This document shows, in pieces, positions 56,801-64,000 of a stretch of DNA of 64,000 nucleotides. This DNA is from Planctomycetota bacterium (lineage in GTDB: Bacteria; Planctomycetota; Phycisphaerae; Phycisphaerales; UBA1924), in NCBI GenBank assembly GCA_038521625.1, contig JBCBKP010000001.1, positions 75,247 through 139,246 of the forward strand. The letters run 5' to 3'. The translations under genes were made by a program, and so were the position numbers. Below the pieces are notes generated by a model. That model had not been told where the DNA came from. It did no database searches and worked only from the letters and a program-made list of their open reading frames with translations. Positions within the stretch are counted from its first letter, which is position 1. Each line of letters starts with the position of its first letter.

Positions 56801-57694
56801 AACCCCGGCATGCCCGCCGGCGGCGGCGTGGTGGGGGAGAGCAAGTCGGAGATCATCCGCGCGATGGACCACCCCGCCGTGCTCGCGTGTGCGCTCTTCG
56901 AGCCCGGCGACGCGCCCGGTGCGCTCGCGGCGCTGCGAGACCGGCCCGAGCTCGCCGGTCTCCCGATCATCTGCAAGCCCGACGCCGGCGAGCGCGGGCG
57001 CGGCGTGCGGCTCGTCCGGTCCGAGGCCGATGTCGGGCGGCACGCGCGCCACGCCGACGCCCCGTTCGTACTCCAGCGGTTCCACGCCGGCCCCGAGGAG
57101 TGCGGCATCATGTGGGCGAGGTCGCTCGCTCCGGCGGATGCGCTCACCGGTCGGATCACCGGCGTCGTGCGCAAGACATTCCCGGTCGTCGTCGGCGACG
57201 GGGAGCGCACGCTGCGCCGGCTCATCATGGAGCACCCGCGGTACCGGCTGCAGCGTGATCTCTTCTTCGGCCGCTTCGCCGGCCGCCTCGCCGAGATCGT
57301 GCCCGAGGGCGAGCGCGTCCCGCTCGGGCACGCGGGCAACCACAGCCAGGGCTGCCTGTTCACCGACGGCGCCGACCTGATCACGCCCGAGCTGGAGGCC
57401 GCGATCGACGAGATCGCCCGCGGCTTCGAGGGCGGGCTCGACCTCGGCCGCTTCGACGTCCGCTACGAGACCGACGAGAAGCTCCGTCGCGGCGAGGGCC
57501 TCGCGATCGTCGAGCTCAACGGCCTGACCAGCGAGCCGACGCAGATGTACGACCCGGCCTGGTCGGCCGCGCGCATGTGGCGCGAGCTCGCGGACCACTG
57601 GCGCACCGCGTACGAGCTCGGCGCGTGGCGGCGCGAGCGGGGCGGCCGCCCGATGAAGCTCGGTGCGCTCTCGCGGTTGCTCTTCGGGAGATGA
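53852..57694 (+). CDS. 1280-aa membrane fusion protein: alpha/beta-hydrolase x2 + multi-TM segments + C-terminal ATP-grasp ligase domain
   Basis: The TTG start overlaps the upstream TGA as cTTGA. Hydrolase 1 has VLIHGSPGG...GFSLGG; hydrolase 2 has VLLHGSPGL...GWSNSG. Hydrophobic blocks follow each hydrolase. The C-terminus has IICKPDAGERGRGVRLV, VLQRF and AIVELNGLTSEP, which is the ATP-grasp K/G-loop plus E-x-N. Confidence 0.65.
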   Translation: MSRRRWLVAGAAVAAYLLAVVVSNLVTDPASGTLSRSSARSSFVETPVFDRDGVVAGGATTRIHLEHARAEAENPRPTAVLIHGSPGGLGSFGPLAPLLRDAGYDTLAIDLAGFGRSDADVPDYGSRAQARYVLAVMDELGVDRAHAAGFSLGGAVAMHMADMRPQAVATVTLLASVGLQETEGSGSHLLEQARYRIATIGPSLLPHFGAIDVSDRSLAWALYFCHTDQRLLGPIMRALETPTLILHGRSDPLVTHHAAERHHAVMPSARLVMTDLAGSDLAPIGHFLPFLQPERSAPILTGFFARHDEPGVRPLTHVSDLVPARDRGLLTPALRGLWSLPWWAVLLGFALLARWSPTTAIVLGGLGKATLSLDFGLTALAVTLGRLSARAPDGLKRPAARVLQRLLWPTPLLLISTLGWVAIEFAFEDARVGPLTLVAATVFAVLLVLGVRRLTRLWSRRPIAFGAVLVALVASHIVALAVPDRAWLMPADAVRATTEIPLGPTADLTRARSARLSYLAWPTAGPSERPPVVLLHGSPGLATDWSNLGPLLEAQGRDVYALDLPGFGLSEAWLHDYSARTYAEIVLAWMDARGIRRAHLVGWSNSGNLVIHAADLAPERLASITMLAATGPQETEGSGVRAFEHAKYLVGYLGVVALPEVVPPLQNAFPRAWRHAFIRNFIDTDQRLAGPIMRRIETPTLVLQGRADFLLADWAAEQHHEVLPASRLVVTADGHMMPFLNPGNVAAALAPFLERHDPPGVAALTHTSDLAPRPDRGVLDQLLRAVRDAPWWIPIPVLFVLAWLRPETTTAIAAVFTSAMSLDFGVAFCGLLPARLLRARRPWEPAGRTRLEDLAWTPIALLIAQPLSAVGPVYDAAGLLGVVAQIAAVTPIALLIAQPLSAVGPVYDAAGLLGVVAQVAAVTLALHLARRAVTREGRQRIRAGFVRTVSHEWWPTWTFYLPITPVIIARALKHRSLLLPTAINPGMPAGGGVVGESKSEIIRAMDHPAVLACALFEPGDAPGALAALRDRPELAGLPIICKPDAGERGRGVRLVRSEADVGRHARHADAPFVLQRFHAGPEECGIMWARSLAPADALTGRITGVVRKTFPVVVGDGERTLRRLIMEHPRYRLQRDLFFGRFAGRLAEIVPEGERVPLGHAGNHSQGCLFTDGADLITPELEAAIDEIARGFEGGLDLGRFDVRYETDEKLRRGEGLAIVELNGLTSEPTQMYDPAWSAARMWRELADHWRTAYELGAWRRERGGRPMKLGALSRLLFGR
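56419..56616 (+). repeat. 99-bp in-frame tandem duplication (2 copies, ~5 mismatches) inside the 53852..57694 CDS
   Basis: It duplicates the 33-aa segment TPIALLIAQPLSAVGPVYDAAGLLGVVAQ(I/V)AAV, a hydrophobic helix. Confidence 0.85.
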
Positions 57695-57728
57695 TCCGAC
57701 CGGCCCGGACGGCGGGCCGCCGCCGCGT

Positions 57729-60700
57729 CTAGCCGACCACCAGATTCACGAGCCGCCCCGGCACGACGATGACCTTGCGCACCGTCTTGCCCTCGATCAG
57801 CTCCTTGATCCGCTCGTCCGCGAGCGCGGCCGTCTCCATGGCCTTCTTGTCGGCGTCCGCCGGGACGGTTACCTTGCTCCGCAGCTTGCCCAGGATCTGG
57901 ACCGGGATCTCGATCGAGTCGTCCACGAGCTTGGATTCGTCGACCTCGGGCCACGCCTGGCGGTGCACGCTGCCGCGCTGGTCGAACCTGCCCAGCCGCG
58001 ACCAGATCTCCTCGCTCAGGTGCGGCGCGAACGGCGCCAGCGTGCGCACGAACCGGTCGATCTGATCGGCGGTCAGCGTCGGCGTCCCGTCCTTCGAGAG
58101 CGCGGCGTTCTTGAACTCGATCATCGCCGCGATCGCGGTGTTGAACGCCAGCCGCTCGATGTCGCCGCCGACCTTGTCGACCGTCCGGTGCAGCCTCTTC
58201 TCGAGATCCCCGTTCTCCGCATCGGCGACCCGCGGCTCGCCCGTCGCGTCGTCGATGCACAGCCGCCAGACATCGCGGAGGAACCGGAACATGCCCTCGA
58301 TCGCGCGGGTGTCCCACGGCTTCTGCTGGTCGAGCGGGCCCATGTACATCTCGTAGAGCCGGAAGGTGTCGGCGCCGTGGTCGGCGATCACGTCGTCGGG
58401 GTTGACGACGTTCTTCAGGCTCTTGCTCATCTTGGCGATGATCTGCGCGACGCGCTCGCCCGTCGCGGTCTCGACGAACTCGTCCTCGCCCCGCTCTTCG
58501 ACCTGGTCGACCGGCACGAGGCTCTTGTCGGCGCGCTGGAAGGCGTGGCTCAGGATCAGGCCCTGGTGGAAGAGCTTGCGGTAGGGCTCGTTCGTCGAGA
58601 CGTGCCCGAGGTCGAACAGCGTCTTGTGCCAGAACCGCGCGTAGAGCAGGTGCAGCACCGCGTGCTCGGCGCCGCCGACGTACAGGTCCACGCCGCCGAG
58701 CTCCCGATCCGGCTGCCGGCCCATCCAGTACGACTCGGCGTCTTCCGAGGCCAGCCGGTCGGTGTTCCCGGGGTCCGTGTACCGCAGGTGATACCAGCAC
58801 GAGCCCGCCCAGCCCGGCATCGTGTTCGACTCGCGCGTCACGCCGGCGCCGGGGTCGAGCCCCTCGGCGCCCGCCTCGCCAGCCGTCGTGCGCAGCCATG
58901 CGCCCGCCTTGGCGAGCAGCGGCTTCGGCTCGTCCGACTCCTCGGGCGTGTAGTCGGTCATCTCGGGCAGCGTCACCGGCAGCGCGTCGTCCGAGACCGC
59001 GTGGTGACGCCCCGCCTCGTCGAAGACGATCGGGAACGGCTCGCCCCAGTACCGCTGGCGGCTGAACAGCCAGTCGCGCAGACGGAACTGCACCTTCTTC
59101 TGGCCCAGGCCCTCGGACTCGAGCCACCCGACGATCTGCCGCTTGGCCTCGGGGACCGCGAGCCCGTTCAGGCTGATCCCCGCGTTGGCCGAGTGCCACA
59201 GGCGGCCGTCGCCCGCGAACGCCTCGCCCCGGGCCCGGTGCACACGCCCGCGCTCGATCACGTCCCGCGCGCCGTCGCCGCCGGCATCGTCGCCGGCCAG
59301 ACCGTCCAGCAGACCGAGCCACTCCTCCGCGACCGGCGTCACCGGCGCCGTCTCGTCGCCCGCGGACCGCACGCGGGCCCGCTCGATGATCGAATCAAAA
59401 TCGCGAGGCTCGGTGTTCTCGCTGGTCACCATCGAGAGCACGTCGGAGAGCTCCGCCCGCCACTTCTCCCCGGCGTTCGGCCGCCTCTTAAAGTACCGCG
59501 AGGCCGCGAGCAGCGGCTTTGGGTAGACGACGTCCTGGATCGGCAGGCCGAACTTCTCCGCGAACTCGAAGTCGCGCTGGTCGTGCGCCGGCACGGCCAT
59601 GATCGCGCCCGAGCCGTAGCCCATCAGCACGTAGTCGGAGGTCCAGACCGGGATCCGCTCGCCCGTCGCGGGGTTGACCGCGCGCAGGCCGGTGTCGCAG
59701 CCGGTCTTGTCCTTCGACTCCTGCCGCTCGACGTCCGAGCGGTTGCGGGCCCACTCGACGTACTCGCGCAGCCCGCCCGGTGCGCCGTCGTCCTTCAGCA
59801 CCGCATCGACCAGCGGGTGCTCGGGCGCGACGACCATGTACGTCGCGCCGAAGATCGTGTCAGGACGCGTGGTGTAGACCCGCAGCGCCGCGGCGCCGAC
59901 GCCCATCGGCGCCTCGGGCAGCCCGAAGTCGATCTCGGCGCCCTCGCTCCGCCCGATCCACTCACGCTGCTGCGTCAGCGTGCTCTCGGGCCAGTCCAGG
60001 CCCTCGAGGTCCGCCAGCAGCCGATCGCCGTAGGCCGTGATCCGCAGCATCCACTGGCGCAGCGGCCTGCGGAAAACCGGGAACCCGCCGCGCTCGCTCT
60101 TGCCGTCGATGACCTCCTCGTTGGCCAGCGCGGTGCCGAGCTTCGGGCACCAGTTGACCGTCTGCTCGCCCAGGTACGCCAGGCGGTAGCTGTCGAGGAC
60201 GTCGCGCCGGGCGCCCGCGTCCAGCTCGTCCCAGCTCTCGTAGGTCCGGGCCTTCAGCGCGTCGGCGACCTCCGCCGCCAGCGGGTTGAATCGCACCGGC
60301 CGCGCTCCGGAGGCGAACTCGGCCTCGAGCTCGGCGATCGGGCGGGCCCGCCCGGGCGAACGGACAGTCGCGTCCCGCGGCTCGGCCTCGGGGTCGTACC
60401 AGGACTTGTACAGCCGCAGGAAAACCCACTGCGTCCAGCGGTAGTAGCCCTCGTCGATCGTGCCGAACTCGCGCGACCAGTCGTAGCAGAACCCGAAGCG
60501 CCGCAGCTGACGCCGGAAGTTGTCGATCGCCTCGCGCGTCGTGATCGCCGGGTGCACGCCGGTCTGGATCGCGTACTGCTCGGCCGGCAGGCCGAAGGCG
60601 TCCCAGCCCATCGGGTGCAGCACGTTGAACCCGCTCATCCGCTTGTAGCGGCAGATGATGTCGGTCGCGGTGTAGCCCTCGGGGTGCCCGACGTGCAGGC

Positions 60701-60893
60701 CCGCGCCCGACGGGTACGGGAACATGTCGAGGCAGTAGAACTTCGGCCTGGAAGCGTCGAAGCCGGCCTCGCCCGGGTTGGGCTGGCGGTCGATGCCCAG
60801 CTCGGCCCACCGCGCCTGCCAACGCGGCTCGATCTCGTTCGCCAGGGCCGCCGTGTAGCGGTGGGACGCGCTCTGCCGGGGTTCGTCGCTCAC
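57729..60893 (-). CDS. leuS: leucine--tRNA ligase
   Basis: HVGHPEGYTATD is the HIGH motif, KMSKSLKNVVNPDD is KMSKS, and the N-terminus is YTAALANEIEPRWQARW. 1054 aa with GTG start. This is longer than the typical ~860 aa, so insertions are present. The plus-strand 1130-aa ORF 57663..61055 is antisense. Confidence 0.93.
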   Translation of the reverse strand: MSDEPRQSASHRYTAALANEIEPRWQARWAELGIDRQPNPGEAGFDASRPKFYCLDMFPYPSGAGLHVGHPEGYTATDIICRYKRMSGFNVLHPMGWDAFGLPAEQYAIQTGVHPAITTREAIDNFRRQLRRFGFCYDWSREFGTIDEGYYRWTQWVFLRLYKSWYDPEAEPRDATVRSPGRARPIAELEAEFASGARPVRFNPLAAEVADALKARTYESWDELDAGARRDVLDSYRLAYLGEQTVNWCPKLGTALANEEVIDGKSERGGFPVFRRPLRQWMLRITAYGDRLLADLEGLDWPESTLTQQREWIGRSEGAEIDFGLPEAPMGVGAAALRVYTTRPDTIFGATYMVVAPEHPLVDAVLKDDGAPGGLREYVEWARNRSDVERQESKDKTGCDTGLRAVNPATGERIPVWTSDYVLMGYGSGAIMAVPAHDQRDFEFAEKFGLPIQDVVYPKPLLAASRYFKRRPNAGEKWRAELSDVLSMVTSENTEPRDFDSIIERARVRSAGDETAPVTPVAEEWLGLLDGLAGDDAGGDGARDVIERGRVHRARGEAFAGDGRLWHSANAGISLNGLAVPEAKRQIVGWLESEGLGQKKVQFRLRDWLFSRQRYWGEPFPIVFDEAGRHHAVSDDALPVTLPEMTDYTPEESDEPKPLLAKAGAWLRTTAGEAGAEGLDPGAGVTRESNTMPGWAGSCWYHLRYTDPGNTDRLASEDAESYWMGRQPDRELGGVDLYVGGAEHAVLHLLYARFWHKTLFDLGHVSTNEPYRKLFHQGLILSHAFQRADKSLVPVDQVEERGEDEFVETATGERVAQIIAKMSKSLKNVVNPDDVIADHGADTFRLYEMYMGPLDQQKPWDTRAIEGMFRFLRDVWRLCIDDATGEPRVADAENGDLEKRLHRTVDKVGGDIERLAFNTAIAAMIEFKNAALSKDGTPTLTADQIDRFVRTLAPFAPHLSEEIWSRLGRFDQRGSVHRQAWPEVDESKLVDDSIEIPVQILGKLRSKVTVPADADKKAMETAALADERIKELIEGKTVRKVIVVPGRLVNLVVG

Positions 60894-60919
60894 GAGGCGA
60901 GTTTAGACGGGCCGCCGGC

Positions 60920-61693
60920 TCAGGCCTCGATCGCGTGGCGGTCCTGCTCCTCCTTCTCGCGCTCATGGCGGGCCACCGATTCGGCCCGCTCGCGCTCGCC
61001 CTCGGCGTCGCGCTGCCGCCGCTGGAGCTCCCGGAGCGTCGCCTCCCGCCCGTAGATGACCAGCTTGTCGCCGGACGCGATCCGGTAGCCGCCGCGCGGG
61101 GCGCCGATGAACGTCCCACCCGGACGCTCGATCGCGAGCACCAGCACGCCCTCCTCAGGCAGGTCGAGGTCCGTGAGCGTGCGACCCTCGATCCATTCGC
61201 CCGGCTTGATCGTCACCTCGTGGACCTCGTAGTCCTCGTAGAGGTGGAACATCGAGTGGTAGTCGGCCACCTGCAGCTTGGTGAAACGACGCAGGCCCCA
61301 CTTGGTGACCGGCGCGATCACCGCGTCGAACACCGGGCTCATCGCGACCAGATAGATGGCGATCATCCCGCCGATGCCGCCCGCGAGCTTGATCTCGGCG
61401 GTCAGCCACTCCACGTCGTCGTCCGCCTGGATGCCCGTGACGAGCGCCGCGATCATCGTGACGAATCCGGCGCCGCGAACCATCATCAGCATCTGCAGGA
61501 TCTGACGCCGCATCGGGTGCGCCACGATCTGCTCGGCCTCGCCCGTCGTGAAGCCCGTGCCGGTCCACGCGCTGCGCGCCTGGAACCGCGCTGCCTGTCG
61601 GGTCATCCCGGTCTGCACCAGCGCCAGGATCGCCGCCCGCTCGACGATGAGCGAAAGCACGACGATCAGCAGGAAGGTGCCCAGCGCCAGCAC
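60920..61693 (-). CDS. TrkA-C (RCK_C) domain-containing membrane protein
   Basis: N-terminal TM helices are followed by VHEVTIKPGEWIEGRTLTDLDLPEEGVLVLAIERPGGTFIGAPRGGYRIASGDKLVIYG, the RCK_C motif pattern. 257 aa. GTG start. Confidence 0.55.
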   Translation of the reverse strand: MLALGTFLLIVVLSLIVERAAILALVQTGMTRQAARFQARSAWTGTGFTTGEAEQIVAHPMRRQILQMLMMVRGAGFVTMIAALVTGIQADDDVEWLTAEIKLAGGIGGMIAIYLVAMSPVFDAVIAPVTKWGLRRFTKLQVADYHSMFHLYEDYEVHEVTIKPGEWIEGRTLTDLDLPEEGVLVLAIERPGGTFIGAPRGGYRIASGDKLVIYGREATLRELQRRQRDAEGERERAESVARHEREKEEQDRHAIEA

Positions 61694-61749
61694 GACACGA
61701 GCCTATCGCCGATCGCCGCCGGTCTGCTACGGAGCGATCGAATCGGCTC

Positions 61750-62523
61750 TCAGAATCCCTCGGGCAGCTCGAACAGCGCCTCGTCGAGCCCCCGGTTGAT
61801 CAGCACGCGCTGCACCGTCAGCACCTGGCGGGCGCCGCCGTCGCCCGCGATCTGCCGGAACGGGATCTTCATCCCGTCGACGTCGCGGTAGTCCTCGAAC
61901 AGCGCCGGCGAATCGATCTCCTGACCGGTCGGGAGCAGCCGCTTCTGGATCGTCCGCACCAGGTAGCCGCTCTCGCCGTCGTAGTCCCGCAGCTCGGCCA
62001 GGCCCGTGAGCCCGTCGGTCCGGCGCACGCGGTGCGCCGTGCCGCCGCCGAACTCGACCGTGCCGAGGTACTCGCACGACGGGAAGTACTTGCGGTAGTC
62101 CACCTCGGTGTAGAGGTCGGCCAGGCGACGGATCGCGAGCTGGTCCTCGCCGACGATGCGGCGCGACTCGCCGCCGTTGAACCGGATCCAGTACGTCTCG
62201 CCGTCGCCGCCGCGCTCCTGCAGACGACCGCCGACCGCCTCGACACGCTCGTAGACCCGCCCGTCCGACGCACGGACGAGCGTGTACTTCGCCGAATCGC
62301 CGCTCGCCGGGAAGCTCAGCGTCGCCTCGATCGTCATCGACTCGAGCGTCCGGTTCGTCGCGATGTCGCCCCAGGTCTTCTCGATCGAGAACGCCAGCAC
62401 GTCCCACCCCGAATCGAACGCCGACACCATCTCGGCGGGCTCGGGCTGGGCGGCCGCGGAAGCCTGAATCGGCGCGCCCACGAGCGCGGCGGCGAGAGCG
62501 AGAGAAGCGGGACCGGATCGCAT
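61750..62523 (-). CDS. LolA-like/outer-membrane lipoprotein-sorting fold protein (tentative)
   Basis: Signal peptide MRSGPASLALAAALVGAPIQASA. The C-terminus ...EALFELPEGF is typical of LolA/DUF4292-like proteins. 257 aa. Confidence 0.4.
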   Translation of the reverse strand: MRSGPASLALAAALVGAPIQASAAAQPEPAEMVSAFDSGWDVLAFSIEKTWGDIATNRTLESMTIEATLSFPASGDSAKYTLVRASDGRVYERVEAVGGRLQERGGDGETYWIRFNGGESRRIVGEDQLAIRRLADLYTEVDYRKYFPSCEYLGTVEFGGGTAHRVRRTDGLTGLAELRDYDGESGYLVRTIQKRLLPTGQEIDSPALFEDYRDVDGMKIPFRQIAGDGGARQVLTVQRVLINRGLDEALFELPEGF

Positions 62524-62714
62524 CAGAAGAACCTCCCTGGACCGTCAACCGTGCATCGGCGGGCGGCGATATCCGACCAAAGACCGATCGGCCGGCTCGC
62601 CCATCCGGGAACACTACCCGCGAGCCCGCCCGTGGTTCCATCCATCGGGCCGTCCGGGCCACGGGATCACCCCGAACACAACGCCAGAGCGGCCCGATCG
62701 CGGGCCCGCGGGCG

Positions 62715-64000
62715 CTAGGACGAGACCGCCTCGGCGTCGCGGGACCGCTTGGCGTCGAGCAGCGCCTTGGCCTCGCCGGCGAGCAGGAACGAGCCGGTCA
62801 CCACGATCAGGTCCTCGCGTGTGACCGCGCGGGCGGCGGCGTTGATCGCGTCCCGCACCGTCGGCTCGACCTGGGCCATCTTCTCGCAACGCCGCTCGTA
62901 CTCCGACGCCAGCGCCGCGGGCTCCGCCGAGCGCTGCGAGTCGCTCGACCGCGTGAAGATCACCTTGTCGGCGCCGCGCGCGATCTCGTCCAGCATCGGC
63001 CCGACCTGCTTGTCCGACGCGCAGCCGAAGATCAGCACCGTCGAGTCCGTCTTGATGCTCGCCCCGATCGCCTGGATCACCGCGCGCACGCTCTCCGGCG
63101 TGTGCGCGCCGTCGATCAGCACGCGCGGCTGCTCGTGCACGATCTCCAGCCGCCCGCGCCGCGGTGTGTCCGCCAGGCCCCGCGCGACGTCCCGCTCCGG
63201 CGCGTCGAAGCCGCGCTCCTTCAAACGGTCCAGCGCCGCGAGCACCAGCCCGCAGTTGGGCGCCTGGTGCTCGCCGGGCAGCGGCACCGCCAGGTGCTCG
63301 TACTCGCTGCGCGCCGTCGTCACGCTCACCCGCGCGTGCGGGCCCATGCCGTGCGCCGCCTCGAAACGGCTCGTGAACTCCACGTCCTCGCCCAGCACCG
63401 AGACCGCGACGCCGACCGCCTCGGCCCGCGAACGCAGCGCATCCATCGCCTCCTCGGTCTGACGCACGCTGATCGCCGGCACGCCCGGCTTGAAGATCCC
63501 CGCCTTCTCGGCCGCGATCTCCGCCAGCGTCTCGCCGAGCAGGTCCGTGTGCTCCAGCTGGATCTCGCTCACCAGGCACAGCTCCGGCTCGATCACGTTC
63601 GTCGCGTCAAGCCGACCGCCCAGCCCGACCTCCGCGATCACCACGTCCACCGCCTGATCGGCGAAGTGGCGGAAGGCCGCGGCGATCATCGCCTCGAAGT
63701 ACGTCGGCTGGCCCAGCTTCTTCGGCAGCGACTCGGCCGCGTCGCGAACCTTGCTCATCACGAGCTGGAACTCGCGCTCGCCGATCATCTCGCCGCCGAC
63801 CCGGATCCGCTCGCGCAGATCGATCAGGTGCGGGCTCGTCGTCATCCCGACCGCGTACCCGCACTCGCGCAGGCAACTCGCCAGCATCTCGCAGACGCTG
63901 CCCTTGCCCTTGCTCCCCGCGACGTGCACGAACTTCAGCGAGTCCTGCGGGCGGCCCAGCTCGTCCAGCATCGCCCGGATCCGGTCGAGCTTGAACGCCT
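62715..64000 (-). CDS. folC: bifunctional folylpolyglutamate synthase/dihydrofolate synthase (5'-truncated by window end)
   Basis: FVHVAGSKGKGSV is the P-loop, and VVIAEVGLGGRLDATNV and LIDGAHTPES are family motifs. The reading frame is open to position 64000, so the true N-terminus lies beyond the window. Confidence 0.85.
   Translation of the reverse strand, partial: AFKLDRIRAMLDELGRPQDSLKFVHVAGSKGKGSVCEMLASCLRECGYAVGMTTSPHLIDLRERIRVGGEMIGEREFQLVMSKVRDAAESLPKKLGQPTYFEAMIAAAFRHFADQAVDVVIAEVGLGGRLDATNVIEPELCLVSEIQLEHTDLLGETLAEIAAEKAGIFKPGVPAISVRQTEEAMDALRSRAEAVGVAVSVLGEDVEFTSRFEAAHGMGPHARVSVTTARSEYEHLAVPLPGEHQAPNCGLVLAALDRLKERGFDAPERDVARGLADTPRRGRLEIVHEQPRVLIDGAHTPESVRAVIQAIGASIKTDSTVLIFGCASDKQVGPMLDEIARGADKVIFTRSSDSQRSAEPAALASEYERRCEKMAQVEPTVRDAINAAARAVTREDLIVVTGSFLLAGEAKALLDAKRSRDAEAVSS

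Noticed and set aside
50772-61119. ORFs 50772..53597 (-, 941 aa), 53626..57258 (+, 1210 aa), 55400..57598 (-, 732 aa), 57663..61055 (+, 1130 aa), 59962..61119 (-)
   Set aside because: They are antisense or off-frame to the HO / PLP-fold / fusion-protein cluster and to leuS. The accepted frames carry recognisable catalytic motifs; these do not.

Overview
This 64-kb window is a very GC-rich (~70%) bacterial chromosomal segment. Genes run on both strands and GC3 is high in true coding frames. Because of the GC content, the six-frame ORF track is dominated by long antisense and off-frame ORFs. Many listed starts are GTG/TTG printed as M.

What I can support from sequence alone:
- Housekeeping genes: glmS, asnS, leuS, murA, rlmN, rsmE, folC (5'-truncated at the window end), an orphan atpG, an hpf-ptsN-HPr cluster, an MsbA-like ABC exporter, an MFS transporter, a GltP-type symporter, an SPFH/flotillin-like protein, and a UvrD-like helicase fused to a RecB/Cas4-type nuclease.
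- Two tRNAs: tRNA-Gln(CTG) on the plus strand and a standalone tRNA-Ile(GAT) on the minus strand.
- A secreted/accessory repertoire that, by my inference, suggests Planctomycetota (possibly Phycisphaerae). Five proteins end in a paired-repeat, Cys-flanked C-terminal anchor that I recognise from memory as the GC-type dockerin domain: three tandem ~600-aa paralogs and two tandem M14 carboxypeptidases. Also present are a tandem-DM13 protein, a prenyltransferase/squalene-oxidase-repeat protein, and a small PEP-CTERM-like protein.

Best candidates for something undescribed:
1. A tight plus-strand four-gene cluster at 51147-57694. It holds a canonical heme oxygenase, a paralog lacking the proximal His, a type-III PLP-fold 'decarboxylase' whose PLP lysine is replaced by Asp, and a 1280-aa membrane protein with two alpha/beta-hydrolase domains plus a C-terminal ATP-grasp domain. 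That last gene carries a recent in-frame 99-bp tandem duplication.
2. A compositionally atypical, strong-RBS 179-aa ORF at 34503-35042 with an HxE...PCxxC cytidine/adenosine-deaminase-fold signature.
3. Three tandem paralogous membrane proteins with C-terminal zinc ribbons at 40562-42557. They are chained by GTGA stop-start overlaps and share ~90-bp near-identical 3' ends.

Smaller observations: a (GGCATCA)n heptanucleotide repeat sitting exactly on the ABC-exporter start; a triplet of tandem hairpin repeats showing a compensatory substitution; an 88-bp tandem repeat upstream of the helicase-nuclease; and a ~1.7-kb lower-GC islet of small ORFs.

No CRISPR array, rRNA, transposase or integrase was found.
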